This document shows, piece by piece, positions 30,259 to 41,247 of a stretch of 64,000 nt of DNA (within the stretch, counting starts at the first letter, position 1; every line of letters starts with the position of its first letter). Made by a program: the position numbers and the translations under genes. Source of the DNA: Escherichia coli (GTDB taxonomy: Bacteria; Pseudomonadota; Gammaproteobacteria; Enterobacterales; Enterobacteriaceae); the NCBI RefSeq assembly GCF_011045215.1, contig NZ_CP049201.1. One strand, given 5' to 3'. The notes beneath the pieces were generated by a model that had not been told where the DNA came from, did not search any database, and saw nothing but the letters and a program-made list of their open reading frames with translations.

Positions 30259-30930
30259 TCACCGCTGCGTCACACCTTCGTAAATCAGGCGTAGCGCGAA
30301 TACACCAATAATTGCACCAATAACCCGACTGGCAACGCGTTGCATACGCCCATAAGCACGACGCACAGCGGGCAAAGAAAACGCCTGACTAAGAAAAACT
30401 CGCCAGATAATTGATGCGAGCACAATCCCCGCCCAGGCCATTAAACGTGCCCATGTTGGTGTTTCGGCATTTAATGTTACTGAGAAAATACTGATAAAAA
30501 ATAAAACGGTTTGCGGGTTAGAGAGATCGGTAATTAATCCACGGCGAAAAAAGACATACCAGGGGGCGCTAATCGGTTGTTGTAGTGTGCTCATTTGCGG
30601 TGTTGACTGGCGGCGCATGCTGCACCACGCAAACCATAAGAGATAAGCGCCGCCGACGATTCTGATAAGCGAAAAAATCTCCTCACACTGCGTAATTAGT
30701 GTTGCAAGACCAAACAAACCCAACCCGGAATAAAATGCATCGCCCAGCGCCACGCCCAGCCCGGTCAGCACCCCTGCGCGTCGACCGGAAGCCAGGCTGG
30801 TTTGTACTACCACAAAGAGATTGGCTCCCGGATTAAAAAAAGTAATCACGAACAGTCCTACGGTCAGGTAAACGGCGTGCAAAGGATCCATAGTGATTTC
30901 ATCCATAAATAAGTGAAGTAACTTCATCAT
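30259..30930 (-). CDS. yahN: LysE/RhtB-family amino-acid exporter
   Basis: 223-aa hydrophobic ORF, LysE-type translocator topology. Confidence 0.9.
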   Translation of the reverse strand: MMKLLHLFMDEITMDPLHAVYLTVGLFVITFFNPGANLFVVVQTSLASGRRAGVLTGLGVALGDAFYSGLGLFGLATLITQCEEIFSLIRIVGGAYLLWFAWCSMRRQSTPQMSTLQQPISAPWYVFFRRGLITDLSNPQTVLFFISIFSVTLNAETPTWARLMAWAGIVLASIIWRVFLSQAFSLPAVRRAYGRMQRVASRVIGAIIGVFALRLIYEGVTQR

Positions 30931-31076
30931 ATTTCTACCAAAAATAATGGGGTGCGAGAGAGATCACAAAGTGTCTTATTTCCGGTTACTGGCGTTTATG
31001 CCCTGACTGAACTAATTATTAATCAACCCAATAATGTCGGTGGGTGATAGTGTGATAACAACTCTGGAGCCGTAAT

Positions 31077-31352
31077 ATGAAAATAATCTCTAAAATGTTA
31101 GTCGGTGCGTTAGCGTTTGCCGTTACCAATGTCTATGCCGCTGAATTGATGACTAAAGCGGAATTTGAAAAAGTCGAATCGCAATATGAAAAAATAGGTG
31201 ATATTTCAACCAGCAATGAAATGTCGACCGCAGATGCGAAAGAGGATTTGATCAAAAAAGCGGATGAAAAAGGGGCTGATGTGTTGGTACTGACCTCCGG
31301 TCAAACTGACAATAAGATCCACGGCACGGCAAATATTTATAAGAAGAAGTAA
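31077..31352 (+). CDS. yahO: Periplasmic DUF1471 (YhcN-like) small protein with signal peptide
   Basis: 91-aa ORF, signal peptide [21 protein letters not shown]. Confidence 0.9.
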   Translation: MKIISKMLVGALAFAVTNVYAAELMTKAEFEKVESQYEKIGDISTSNEMSTADAKEDLIKKADEKGADVLVLTSGQTDNKIHGTANIYKKK

Positions 31353-31449
31353 TTCTGAACCCTATGTAAACATCCCCGATGCGTAAGTTTATCGGTGATC
31401 ATCTATTGAAATTTATGCCGGATAAAGCGTTCGCGCTGCATTCGGCAGT

Positions 31450-33036
31450 TCAGTTTTTCAGCCGCCGCCAGAACGTCGTCCGGCTTATGCCTAAATAATT
31501 CGCCGCTGCTGTTTTATCGCCTTTAAATTTCTCCAGTGCCTGTTGTGGTGTCAGTAAGCGTGGAGCGGGAATTTTCGCCGACTCGCGCGCCAGTTCCGGC
31601 AGTAGCAGCTGCAAAAACTGCGGCGTTAAATCCGGCGTCGGTTCCACACTTAAAAACAGCGCCAGTCGCTCCATCATATTGCGCAGTTCACGAATATTAC
31701 CTGGCCAGTCGTAGCGCAGCAGCACAGTTTCACTTGCCTGTAACCCCTGGCGTAATGCAGCAGAAAATGGGGCGGAGAGCGCCGCCAGAGACACTTTCAA
31801 AAAGCTTTCCGCCAGTGGCAGAATATCTGCCACCCGCTCGCGCAGTGGTGGCAATTGCAGACGCAAAATACTCAGCCGATAAAACAGATCACGGCGAAAC
31901 TGCCCTTGCCGCATATCTTCTTCCAGATTGCAGTGAGTGGCGCTAATGACCCGCACATCCACCGGAACAGGCTGATGCCCGCCGACGCGAGTAACCTCTT
32001 TTTCTTCCAGCACCCGTAACAGGCGAGTCTGCAAAGGTAGCGGCATTTCGCCAATCTCATCCAAAAACAGCGTGCCACCGTGGGCGATTTCAAACAGCCC
32101 GGCACGACCTCCGCGTCGCGAGCCGGTAAACGCCCCTTCCTCATAGCCAAACAGCTCCGCTTCCAGCAGCGATTCGGCAATCGCCCCGCAGTTGACGGCA
32201 ACAAATGGATGCGACTTTTTGCCCTGTCGCGCATCGTGGCGGGCAAAATATTCCCGATGAATTGCCTGGGCCGCCAGCTCTTTGCCCGTCCCCGTTTCCC
32301 CCTCAATCAACACCGCTGCACTGGAGCGGGCATACAGCAAAATAGTCTGCCGTACTTGTTCCATCTGTGGTGATTGACCGAGCATATCGCCCAGCACGTA
32401 ACGAGTTCTCAGGGCGTTGCGGGTGGCATCGTGAGTGTTATGGCGTAACGACATGCGCGTCATATCCAGCGCATCGCTGAACGCCTGGCGCACGGTGGCG
32501 GCGGAATAGATAAAAATTCCGGTCATTCCGGCTTCTTCTGCCAGATCGGTAATCAACCCCGCGCCGACCACCGCTTCGGTGCCGTTAGCTTTTAGCTCGT
32601 TAATCTGCCCGCGTGCGTCTTCTTCGGTAATGTAGCTACGTTGATCGAGGCGCAAATTAAAGGTTTTTTGAAACGCCACCAGTGCCGGAATAGTTTCCTG
32701 ATAAGTGACAACGCCGATAGAAGAGGTGAGCTTTCCGGCTTTTGCCAGTGCCTGTAACACATCGTAGCCGCTCGGTTTAATCAAAATAACTGGCACTGAC
32801 AGGCGGCTTTTCAGGTACGCGCCGTTAGAGCCAGCGGCGATGATGGCGTCGCAGCGTTCGTTTGCCAGTTTCTTGCGGATATAGGTCACTGCTTTTTCAA
32901 AGCCAAGCTGAATAGGGGTAATGTTCGCCAGGTGATCAAACTCGAGGCTGATATCGCGAAACAGCTCGAACAGGCGCGTTACAGATACCGTCCAGATAAC
33001 CGGTTTGTCGTCATTCAGCCGTGGTGGATGTGCCAT
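31450..33036 (-). CDS. prpR: Sigma-54-dependent activator of propionate catabolism (AAA+ enhancer-binding protein)
   Basis: ORF 31450..33048; start at ATG 33036 ([13 protein letters not shown]), 528 aa; Walker [15 protein letters not shown] sigma-54 contact motif, C-terminal HTH. Confidence 0.95.
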   Translation of the reverse strand: MAHPPRLNDDKPVIWTVSVTRLFELFRDISLEFDHLANITPIQLGFEKAVTYIRKKLANERCDAIIAAGSNGAYLKSRLSVPVILIKPSGYDVLQALAKAGKLTSSIGVVTYQETIPALVAFQKTFNLRLDQRSYITEEDARGQINELKANGTEAVVGAGLITDLAEEAGMTGIFIYSAATVRQAFSDALDMTRMSLRHNTHDATRNALRTRYVLGDMLGQSPQMEQVRQTILLYARSSAAVLIEGETGTGKELAAQAIHREYFARHDARQGKKSHPFVAVNCGAIAESLLEAELFGYEEGAFTGSRRGGRAGLFEIAHGGTLFLDEIGEMPLPLQTRLLRVLEEKEVTRVGGHQPVPVDVRVISATHCNLEEDMRQGQFRRDLFYRLSILRLQLPPLRERVADILPLAESFLKVSLAALSAPFSAALRQGLQASETVLLRYDWPGNIRELRNMMERLALFLSVEPTPDLTPQFLQLLLPELARESAKIPAPRLLTPQQALEKFKGDKTAAANYLGISRTTFWRRLKN

Positions 33037-33079
33037 AGCGCACCGCAAAGTTAAGAAACCGAATATTGGGTTTAGCCTT

Positions 33080-33137
33080 GTTTCATAATTGTTGCAATGA
33101 AACGCGGTGAAACATTGTCTGAAACGTTAACTGAAAC
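33080..33137. promoter_or_regulatory. Cluster of TGAAAC hexamers (four direct, one inverted) upstream of the prpB sigma-54 promoter; candidate PrpR enhancer
   Basis: GTTTCA at 33080-85; TGAAAC at 33098, 33108, 33120, 33132 (10-12 bp phasing), 75-130 bp upstream of the -24/-12 element. Binder is inferred. Confidence 0.45.
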
Positions 33138-33212
33138 GCATATTTGCGGATTAGTTCATGACTTTATCTCTAACAAATTGAAACTAAACATTTAATTTTA
33201 TTCAGTCAATTG

Positions 33213-33228
33213 TGGCACACCCCTTGCT
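33213..33228 (+). promoter_or_regulatory. Sigma-54 (-24/-12) promoter of prpBCDE
   Basis: TGGCAC-N5-TTGCT (GG and GC spaced exactly as in the consensus), about 50 bp upstream of the prpB ATG, with prpR divergent. Confidence 0.75.
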
Positions 33229-33274
33229 TTGTCTTTATCAACGCAAATAACAAGTTGATAACAAAGGATGGGCT

Positions 33275-34165
33275 ATGTCTCTACACTCTCCAGGTAAAGC
33301 GTTTCGCGCTGCACTGTCTAAAGAAAATCCATTGCAGATTGTTGGCACCATTAACGCCAACCATGCGCTGTTGGCGCAGCGTGCCGGATATCAGGCAATT
33401 TATCTCTCCGGCGGTGGCGTGGCGGCAGGGTCGCTGGGGCTGCCCGATCTCGGTATTTCTACTCTTGATGACGTGTTGACAGATATTCGCCGTATCACCG
33501 ACGTTTGTTCGCTGCCGCTGCTGGTGGATGCGGATATCGGTTTTGGTTCTTCTGCTTTTAACGTGGCGCGCACCGTGAAATCGATGATTAAAGCCGGTGC
33601 GGCAGGATTGCATATTGAAGATCAGGTTGGTGCGAAACGCTGCGGTCATCGTCCGAATAAAGCGATCGTCTCGAAAGAGGAGATGGTGGATCGGATCCGC
33701 GCGGCGGTGGATGCGAAAACCGATCCTGATTTTGTGATCATGGCGCGCACCGATGCGCTGGCGGTTGAAGGACTGGATGCGGCGATCGAGCGTGCGCAGG
33801 CCTATGTTGAAGCGGGTGCCGAGATGTTGTTCCCGGAGGCGATTACCGAACTCGCCATGTACCGCCAGTTTGCCGATGCGGTGCAGGTGCCAATCCTCGC
33901 CAACATTACCGAATTTGGTGCCACGCCGCTGTTTACCACCGACGAATTACGCAGCGCCCATGTCGCAATGGCGCTGTACCCGCTTTCAGCGTTCCGTGCC
34001 ATGAACCGCGCCGCTGAACATGTCTACAACGTCCTGCGTCAGGAAGGCACGCAGAAAAGTGTCATCGACACCATGCAAACCCGCAACGAGCTGTACGAAA
34101 GCATCAACTACTACCAGTACGAAGAGAAGCTCGACGACCTGTTTGCCCGTAACCAGGCGAAATAA
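33275..34165 (+). CDS. prpB: 2-methylisocitrate lyase
   Basis: 296-aa ORF, isocitrate lyase/PEP mutase family (catalytic motif KRCGH). Confidence 0.95.
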   Translation: MSLHSPGKAFRAALSKENPLQIVGTINANHALLAQRAGYQAIYLSGGGVAAGSLGLPDLGISTLDDVLTDIRRITDVCSLPLLVDADIGFGSSAFNVARTVKSMIKAGAAGLHIEDQVGAKRCGHRPNKAIVSKEEMVDRIRAAVDAKTDPDFVIMARTDALAVEGLDAAIERAQAYVEAGAEMLFPEAITELAMYRQFADAVQVPILANITEFGATPLFTTDELRSAHVAMALYPLSAFRAMNRAAEHVYNVLRQEGTQKSVIDTMQTRNELYESINYYQYEEKLDDLFARNQAK

Positions 34166-34194
34166 AAAACGCCCGTTGGTTGTATTTGACAACC

Positions 34195-34295
34195 GATGCC
34201 TGATGCGCCGCTGACGCGACTTATCAGGCCTACGGGGTGTACTGAACTGTAGGTCGGATAAGACGCATGGCGTCGCATCCGACAACAATCTCGAC
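34195..34295. repeat. REP pair (BIME) in the prpB-prpC intergenic region
   Basis: gcctgatgcgccgctgacgcgacttatcaggcctac and gtaggtcggataagacgcatggcgtcgcatccgac palindromic units. Confidence 0.8.
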
Positions 34296-34325
34296 CCTAC
34301 AAATGATAACAATGACGAGGACAAT

Positions 34326-35495
34326 ATGAGCGACACAACAATCCTGCAAAACAGTACCCATGTCATTAAACCGAAAAAATCTGTGGCACTTTCTGGCGTT
34401 CCGGCGGGCAATACGGCGCTCTGCACCGTGGGTAAAAGCGGCAATGACCTGCATTACCGCGGCTACGATATTCTTGATCTGGCGGAACATTGCGAATTTG
34501 AAGAAGTGGCGCATCTGCTGATCCACGGCAAACTGCCGACCCGTGACGAACTCGCCGCTTACAAAACGAAACTGAAAGCCCTGCGCGGTTTACCGGCTAA
34601 CGTGCGTACCGTGCTGGAAGCCTTACCGGCGGCGTCACACCCGATGGATGTTATGCGCACCGGCGTTTCCGCGCTCGGCTGCACGCTGCCAGAAAAAGAG
34701 GGGCATACCGTCTCTGGCGCGCGGGATATTGCCGACAAACTGCTGGCATCACTTAGCTCGATTCTCCTTTATTGGTATCACTACAGCCATAACGGCGAAC
34801 GCATCCAGCCGGAAACCGATGACGACTCCATCGGCGGTCACTTCCTGCATCTGCTGCACGGCGAAAAGCCGTCGCAAAGCTGGGAAAAGGCGATGCATAT
34901 TTCGCTGGTGCTGTACGCCGAACACGAGTTTAACGCCTCCACCTTTACCAGTCGGGTGATTGCGGGCACTGGCTCTGATATGTATTCCGCGATTATTGGC
35001 GCGATTGGCGCACTGCGCGGGCCGAAACACGGCGGGGCGAATGAAGTGTCGCTGGAGATCCAGCAACGCTACGAAACGCCAGACGAAGCCGAAGCCGATA
35101 TCCGCAAGCGGGTGGAAAACAAAGAAGTGGTCATTGGTTTTGGTCATCCGGTTTATACCATCGCCGACCCGCGCCACCAGGTGATTAAACGTGTGGCGAA
35201 GCAGCTCTCGCAGGAAGGCGGCTCGCTGAAGATGTACAACATCGCCGATCGCCTGGAAACGGTGATGTGGGAAACGAAAAAGATGTTCCCCAATCTCGAC
35301 TGGTTCTCCGCTGTTTCCTACAACATGATGGGCGTTCCCACCGAGATGTTCACACCACTGTTTGTTATCGCCCGCGTCACCGGCTGGGCGGCGCACATTA
35401 TCGAACAACGTCAGGACAACAAAATTATCCGTCCTTCCGCCAATTATGTTGGACCGGAAGACCGCCAGTTTGTCGCGCTGGATAAGCGCCAGTAA
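34326..35495 (+). CDS. prpC: 2-methylcitrate synthase
   Basis: 389-aa ORF, citrate synthase family (GFGHPVY motif). Confidence 0.95.
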   Translation: MSDTTILQNSTHVIKPKKSVALSGVPAGNTALCTVGKSGNDLHYRGYDILDLAEHCEFEEVAHLLIHGKLPTRDELAAYKTKLKALRGLPANVRTVLEALPAASHPMDVMRTGVSALGCTLPEKEGHTVSGARDIADKLLASLSSILLYWYHYSHNGERIQPETDDDSIGGHFLHLLHGEKPSQSWEKAMHISLVLYAEHEFNASTFTSRVIAGTGSDMYSAIIGAIGALRGPKHGGANEVSLEIQQRYETPDEAEADIRKRVENKEVVIGFGHPVYTIADPRHQVIKRVAKQLSQEGGSLKMYNIADRLETVMWETKKMFPNLDWFSAVSYNMMGVPTEMFTPLFVIARVTGWAAHIIEQRQDNKIIRPSANYVGPEDRQFVALDKRQ

Positions 35496-35528
35496 ACCTC
35501 TACGAATAACAATAAGGAAACGTACCCA

Positions 35529-36980
35529 ATGTCAGCTCAAATCAACAACATCCGCCCGGAATTTGATCGTGAAATCGTTGATATCGTCGATTACGTCATG
35601 AACTACGAAATCAGCTCTAAAGTGGCCTACGACACCGCACATTTCTGCCTGCTCGACACTCTCGGCTGCGGTCTGGAAGCTCTCGAATACCCGGCCTGTA
35701 AAAAACTGCTGGGGCCAGTTGTCCCCGGCACCGTCGTACCTAACGGCGTGCGCGTCCCCGGAACTCAGTTCCAGCTCGACCCCGTCCAGGCGGCATTTAA
35801 CATCGGCGCGATGATCCGCTGGCTCGATTTCAACGATACCTGGCTTGCGGCAGAGTGGGGCCATCCTTCCGACAACCTCGGCGGCATTCTGGCAACGGCG
35901 GACTGGCTTTCACGCAACGCGGTCGCCAGCGGCAAAGCGCCGTTGACCATGAAACAGGTACTGACCGGAATGATTAAAGCTCATGAAATTCAGGGCTGCA
36001 TCGCGCTGGAAAACTCCTTTAACCGCGTCGGCCTCGACCACGTTCTGTTAGTGAAAGTGGCTTCCACCGCCGTGGTCGCCGAAATGCTCGGTCTGACCCG
36101 CGAGGAAATTCTCAATGCCGTTTCGCTGGCGTGGGTGGACGGTCAGTCGCTGCGCACCTATCGCCATGCGCCGAACACCGGCACGCGTAAATCCTGGGCA
36201 GCGGGCGATGCCACTTCCCGCGCGGTACGTCTGGCACTGATGGCGAAAACGGGCGAAATGGGTTATCCGTCAGCCCTGACTGCGCCTGTGTGGGGCTTCT
36301 ACGACGTTTCCTTCAAAGGTGAATCGTTCCGCTTCCAGCGCCCGTACGGTTCTTACGTGATGGAAAATGTGCTGTTCAAAATCTCCTTCCCGGCGGAGTT
36401 CCACTCCCAGACGGCAGTTGAAGCAGCGATGACGCTCTATGAACAGATGCAGGCAGCAGGCAAAACGGCGGCGGATATCGAAAAAGTGACCATTCGCACC
36501 CACGAAGCCTGTATTCGCATCATCGACAAAAAGGGGCCGCTTAATAACCCGGCAGACCGCGACCACTGCATTCAGTACATGGTGGCGATCCCGCTGCTGT
36601 TCGGGCGCTTAACGGCGGCAGATTACGAGGACAACGTTGCGCAAGATAAACGCATCGACGCCCTGCGCGAGAAGATCAATTGCTTTGAAGATCCGGCGTT
36701 TACCGCTGACTACCACGACCCGGAAAAACGCGCCATCGCCAATGCCATTACTCTTGAGTTCACCGACGGCACGCGCTTTGAAGAAGTGGTGGTGGAGTAC
36801 CCCATTGGTCATGCTCGCCGCCGTCAGGATGGCATTCCGAAGCTGGTGGATAAATTCAAAATCAATCTCGCGCGCCAGTTCCCGACTCGCCAGCAGCAGC
36901 GCATTCTGGAGGTTTCTCTCGACAGAGCTCGCCTGGAACAGATGCCGGTCAATGAGTATCTCGACCTGTACGTCATTTAA
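35529..36980 (+). CDS. prpD: 2-methylcitrate dehydratase
   Basis: 483-aa ORF, MmgE/PrpD family. Confidence 0.95.
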   Translation: MSAQINNIRPEFDREIVDIVDYVMNYEISSKVAYDTAHFCLLDTLGCGLEALEYPACKKLLGPVVPGTVVPNGVRVPGTQFQLDPVQAAFNIGAMIRWLDFNDTWLAAEWGHPSDNLGGILATADWLSRNAVASGKAPLTMKQVLTGMIKAHEIQGCIALENSFNRVGLDHVLLVKVASTAVVAEMLGLTREEILNAVSLAWVDGQSLRTYRHAPNTGTRKSWAAGDATSRAVRLALMAKTGEMGYPSALTAPVWGFYDVSFKGESFRFQRPYGSYVMENVLFKISFPAEFHSQTAVEAAMTLYEQMQAAGKTAADIEKVTIRTHEACIRIIDKKGPLNNPADRDHCIQYMVAIPLLFGRLTAADYEDNVAQDKRIDALREKINCFEDPAFTADYHDPEKRAIANAITLEFTDGTRFEEVVVEYPIGHARRRQDGIPKLVDKFKINLARQFPTRQQQRILEVSLDRARLEQMPVNEYLDLYVI

Positions 36981-37019
36981 GCAAACAGCGGTAAGGCGTA
37001 AGTTCAACAGGAGAGCATT

Positions 37020-38906
37020 ATGTCTTTTAGCGAATTTTATCAGCGTTCGATTAACGAACCGGAGCAGTTCTGGGCCGAGCAGGCCCGGCGTATTGACTGG
37101 CAGACGCCCTTTACGCAAACGCTCGATCACAGCAATCCTCCGTTTGCTCGTTGGTTTTGTGAAGGCCGAACCAACTTGTGTCACAACGCTATCGATCGCT
37201 GGCTGGAGAAACAGCCAGAGGCGCTGGCGCTGATTGCCGTCTCTTCGGAAACAGAAGAAGAGCGCACCTTTACCTTTCGTCAGCTGCATGACGAAGTGAA
37301 CGCGGTGGCGTCAATGCTGCGCTCACTGGGCGTGCAGCGTGGCGAACGGGTGCTGGTGTATATGCCGATGATTGCCGAAGCGCATATAACCCTGCTGGCT
37401 TGCGCGCGCATTGGCGCTATTCACTCGGTGGTGTTTGGTGGATTTGCCTCTCATAGCGTGGCGGCGCGAATTGATGATGCTAAACCGGTGCTGATTGTCT
37501 CGGCTGATGCCGGAGCGCGCGGTGGCAAAATCATTCCCTATAAAAAATTGCTCGACGATGCGATAAGTCAGGCGCAGCACCAGCCGCGCCATGTTTTGCT
37601 GGTGGATCGCGGGCTGGCGAAAATGGCGCGCGTCAGCGGGCGGGATGTCGATTTCGCGTCGTTGCGCCATCAACACATCGGCGCGCGGGTACCGGTGGCG
37701 TGGCTGGAATCCAACGAAACCTCCTGCATTCTCTACACCTCCGGCACGACCGGCAAACCTAAAGGCGTGCAGCGCGACGTCGGCGGATATGCGGTGGCGC
37801 TGGCGACCTCGATGGACACCATTTTTGGCGGCAAAGCGGGCGGTGTGTTCTTTTGTGCTTCGGATATCGGCTGGGTGGTGGGGCATTCGTATATCGTCTA
37901 CGCGCCGCTGCTGGCGGGGATGGCGACTATCGTTTACGAAGGATTACCGACCTGGCCGGACTGCGGCGTGTGGTGGAAAATCGTCGAGAAATATCAGGTT
38001 AGCCGGATGTTCTCAGCGCCGACCGCCATTCGCGTGCTGAAAAAATTCCCTACCGCTGAAATTCGCAAACACGATCTCTCGTCGCTGGAAGTACTCTATC
38101 TGGCGGGGGAGCCGCTGGACGAGCCAACCGCCAGTTGGGTAAGCAATACGCTGGATGTGCCGGTTATCGACAACTACTGGCAGACCGAATCCGGCTGGCC
38201 GATTATGGCGATTGCTCGCGGTCTGGACGACAGGCCGACGCGTCTGGGAAGCCCCGGCGTGCCGATGTATGGCTATAACGTGCAGTTGCTTAATGAAGTC
38301 ACCGGCGAACCGTGTGGCGTCAACGAGAAAGGGATGCTGGTGGTGGAAGGGCCGCTGCCGCCGGGCTGTATTCAGACCATCTGGGGCGACGACGACCGCT
38401 TTGTGAAGACTTACTGGTCGCTGTTTTCCCGCCCGGTGTACGCCACCTTTGACTGGGGCATCCGTGACGCTGACGGTTATCACTTTATTCTCGGGCGCAC
38501 TGACGATGTAATTAACGTCGCCGGGCATCGGCTGGGCACGCGCGAGATTGAAGAGAGTATCTCCAGTCATCCGGGCGTTGCCGAAGTGGCGGTGGTTGGG
38601 GTGAAAGATGCGCTGAAAGGGCAGGTGGCGGTGGCGTTTGTCATTCCGAAAGAGAGCGACAGTCTGGAAGACCGCGAGGTGGCGCATTCACAAGAGAACG
38701 CGATTATGGCGCTGGTGGACAGCCAGATTGGCAACTTTGGCCGCCCGGCGCACGTCTGGTTTGTCTCGCAATTGCCAAAAACGCGATCCGGAAAAATGCT
38801 GCGCCGCACGATCCAGGCGATTTGCGAAGGACGCGATCCTGGGGATCTGACGACCATTGATGATCCTGCGTCGTTGGATCAGATCCGCCAGGCGATGGAA
38901 GAGTAA
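37020..38906 (+). CDS. prpE: Propionyl-CoA synthetase (acyl-CoA synthetase, AMP-forming)
   Basis: 628-aa ORF; AMP-binding signature YTSGTTGKPKG. Confidence 0.95.
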   Translation: MSFSEFYQRSINEPEQFWAEQARRIDWQTPFTQTLDHSNPPFARWFCEGRTNLCHNAIDRWLEKQPEALALIAVSSETEEERTFTFRQLHDEVNAVASMLRSLGVQRGERVLVYMPMIAEAHITLLACARIGAIHSVVFGGFASHSVAARIDDAKPVLIVSADAGARGGKIIPYKKLLDDAISQAQHQPRHVLLVDRGLAKMARVSGRDVDFASLRHQHIGARVPVAWLESNETSCILYTSGTTGKPKGVQRDVGGYAVALATSMDTIFGGKAGGVFFCASDIGWVVGHSYIVYAPLLAGMATIVYEGLPTWPDCGVWWKIVEKYQVSRMFSAPTAIRVLKKFPTAEIRKHDLSSLEVLYLAGEPLDEPTASWVSNTLDVPVIDNYWQTESGWPIMAIARGLDDRPTRLGSPGVPMYGYNVQLLNEVTGEPCGVNEKGMLVVEGPLPPGCIQTIWGDDDRFVKTYWSLFSRPVYATFDWGIRDADGYHFILGRTDDVINVAGHRLGTREIEESISSHPGVAEVAVVGVKDALKGQVAVAFVIPKESDSLEDREVAHSQENAIMALVDSQIGNFGRPAHVWFVSQLPKTRSGKMLRRTIQAICEGRDPGDLTTIDDPASLDQIRQAMEE

Positions 38907-38911
38907 GGTAT

Positions 38912-39838
38912 TGTCGGATGCGTCGCGTGGCGCATCCGACAGTTGTGCGCAGATGCCTGATGCGACGCTGGCGCGTCTTATCATGCCTACAGGCCTGAAC
39001 CGTAGGTCGGATAAGGCGCTCGCACCGCATCCGACACCGTGCTCAGTGCCTGATGCGACGCAGGCGCGTCTTATCATACCTACAGGCCTGAACCGTAGGT
39101 CGGATAAGGCGCTCGCGGCGCATCCGACACCATGCGCAGATGCCTGATGCGACGCTGATGCGTCTTATCATGCCTACAGGCCTGAACCGTAGGTCGGATA
39201 AGGCGCTCGCGCCGCATCCGACACCATGCGCAGATGCCTGATGCGACGCTGATGCGTCTTATCATGCCTACAGGCCTGAACCGTAGGTCGGATAAGGCGC
39301 TCGCGCCGCATCCGACACCATGCGCCGATGCCTGATGCGACGCAGGCGCGTCTTATCATGCCTACAGGCCTGAACCGTAGGTCGGATAAGGCGCTCGCAC
39401 CGCATCCGACACCGTGCTCAGTGCCTGATGCGACGCTGATGCGTCTTATCATGCCTACAGGCCTGAACCGTAGGTCGGATAAGGCGCTCGCGCCGCATCC
39501 GACACCATGCGCAGATGCCTGATGCGACGCTGATGCGTCTTATCATGCCTACAGGCCTGAACCGTAGGTCGGATAAGGCGCTCGCGCCGCATCCGACACC
39601 ATGCGCCGATGCCTGATGCGACGCTGGCGCGTCTTATCATGCCTACAGGCCTGAACCGTAGGTCGGATAAGGCGCTCGCGCCGCATCCGACACCGTGCGC
39701 AGATGCCTGATACGACGCAGGCGCGTCTTATCATGCCTACAGGCCTGAACCGTAGGTCGGATAAGGCGCTCGCGCCGCATCCGACACCATGCGCCGATGC
39801 CTGATGCGACGCTTACCGCGTCTTATCATGCCTACCCA
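38912..39838. repeat. Large REP/BIME array: about 10 tandem units of 93-94 bp between prpE and codB
   Basis: Unit gcctgatgcgacgctg[g/a][c/t]gcgtcttatcatgcctacaggcctgaaccgtaggtcggataaggcgctcgcgccgcatccgacacc[a/g]tgcgcagat recurs starting at 38955, 39048, 39142, 39236, 39330, 39423, 39517, 39611, 39705, 39799; each unit holds two opposed REP palindromes. Confidence 0.9.
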
Positions 39839-39905
39839 CTGTTTTTACACCGATAATTTTCCCCCCACCTTTTTGCACTCATTCATATAAAAAATATATT
39901 TCCCC

Positions 39906-39921
39906 ACGAAAACGATTGCTT
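39906..39921. promoter_or_regulatory. Candidate PurR box in the codB promoter region
   Basis: ACGAAAACGATTGCTT resembles the PurR operator core (AAAACG/TTTGC halves) about 70 bp upstream of the codB GTG start. Low-moderate confidence. Confidence 0.35.
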
Positions 39922-39987
39922 TTTATCTTCAGATGAATAGAATGCGGCGGATTTTTTGGGTTTCAAACAGCAAAAAGGGGGAATTTC

Positions 39988-41247
39988 GTGTCGCAAGATA
40001 ACAACTTTAGCCAGGGGCCAGTCCCGCAGTCGGCGCGGAAAGGGGTATTGGCATTGACGTTCGTCATGCTGGGATTAACCTTCTTTTCCGCCAGTATGTG
40101 GACCGGCGGCACTCTCGGAACCGGTCTTAGCTATCATGATTTCTTCCTCGCAGTTCTCATCGGCAACCTTCTCCTCGGTATTTACACTTCATTTCTCGGT
40201 TACATTGGCGCAAAAACCGGCCTGACCACTCATCTTCTTGCTCGCTTCTCGTTTGGTGTTAAAGGCTCATGGCTGCCTTCACTGCTGCTGGGCGGCACCC
40301 AGGTTGGCTGGTTTGGCGTCGGTGTGGCGATGTTTGCTATTCCGGTGGGCAAGGCAACCGGGCTGGATATTAATTTGCTGATTGCCGTTTCCGGTTTACT
40401 GATGACCGTCACCGTCTTCTTTGGCATTTCGGCGCTGACAGTTCTTTCGGTGATTGCGGTTCCGGCGATCGCCTGTCTTGGCGGTTATTCCGTGTGGCTG
40501 GCCGTTAACGGCATGGGCGGCCTGGACGCCTTAAAAGCGGTCGTTCCCGCACAACCATTAGATTTCAATGTCGCGCTGGCGCTGGTTGTGGGGTCATTTA
40601 TCAGTGCGGGTACGCTCACCGCCGACTTTGTCCGGTTTGGTCGCAATGCCAAACTGGCGGTGCTGGTGGCGATGGTGGCCTTTTTCCTCGGCAACTCGTT
40701 GATGTTTATTTTCGGTGCAGCGGGCGCTGCGGCACTGGGGATGGCGGATATCTCTGATGTGATGATTGCTCAGGGCCTGCTGTTGCCTGCGATTGTGGTG
40801 CTGGGGCTAAATATCTGGACCACCAACGATAACGCGCTCTATGCGTCGGGTTTAGGTTTCGCCAACATTACCGGGATGTCGAGCAAAACCCTTTCGGTAA
40901 TCAACGGTATTATCGGTACGGTCTGCGCATTATGGCTGTATAACAATTTTGTCGGCTGGTTGACCTTCCTTTCGGCAGCTATTCCTCCGGTGGGTGGCGT
41001 GATCATTGCCGACTATCTGATGAACCGTCGCCGCTATGAGCACTTTGCGACCACGCGTATGATGAGTATCAATTGGGTGGCGATTCTGGCGGTCGCCTTG
41101 GGGATTGCTGCAGGCCACTGGTTACCGGGAATTGTTCCGGTCAACGCGGTATTAGGTGGCGCGCTGAGCTATCTGATCCTTAACCCGATTTTGAATCGTA
41201 AAACGACAGCAGCAATGACGCATGTGGAGGCTAACAGTGTCGAATAA
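39988..41247 (+). CDS. codB: Cytosine permease (NCS1 family)
   Basis: 419-aa ORF from GTG ([19 protein letters not shown]), AGGGGGAA RBS upstream; 12-TM-like hydrophobic profile. Confidence 0.95.
   Translation: MSQDNNFSQGPVPQSARKGVLALTFVMLGLTFFSASMWTGGTLGTGLSYHDFFLAVLIGNLLLGIYTSFLGYIGAKTGLTTHLLARFSFGVKGSWLPSLLLGGTQVGWFGVGVAMFAIPVGKATGLDINLLIAVSGLLMTVTVFFGISALTVLSVIAVPAIACLGGYSVWLAVNGMGGLDALKAVVPAQPLDFNVALALVVGSFISAGTLTADFVRFGRNAKLAVLVAMVAFFLGNSLMFIFGAAGAAALGMADISDVMIAQGLLLPAIVVLGLNIWTTNDNALYASGLGFANITGMSSKTLSVINGIIGTVCALWLYNNFVGWLTFLSAAIPPVGGVIIADYLMNRRRYEHFATTRMMSINWVAILAVALGIAAGHWLPGIVPVNAVLGGALSYLILNPILNRKTTAAMTHVEANSVE

Noticed and set aside
38688-39734. Cluster of short ORFs on both strands (MIRRACVASG..., MPDATQARLIMPTGLNRRSDKALAPHPTPC...) between prpE and codB
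   Set aside because: All are read-throughs of the ~10-unit BIME array; there is no RBS or unique sequence. The same MRRERLIRPT-type peptides appear wherever a REP occurs (for example 42369..42602, 59874..60178, 34230..34526).
38912-39838. Possibility that the tandem ~94-bp repeats are a CRISPR array
   Set aside because: The units are contiguous, with no unique spacers between repeats; repeat length and sequence match REP palindromes, and there are no cas genes in the window.
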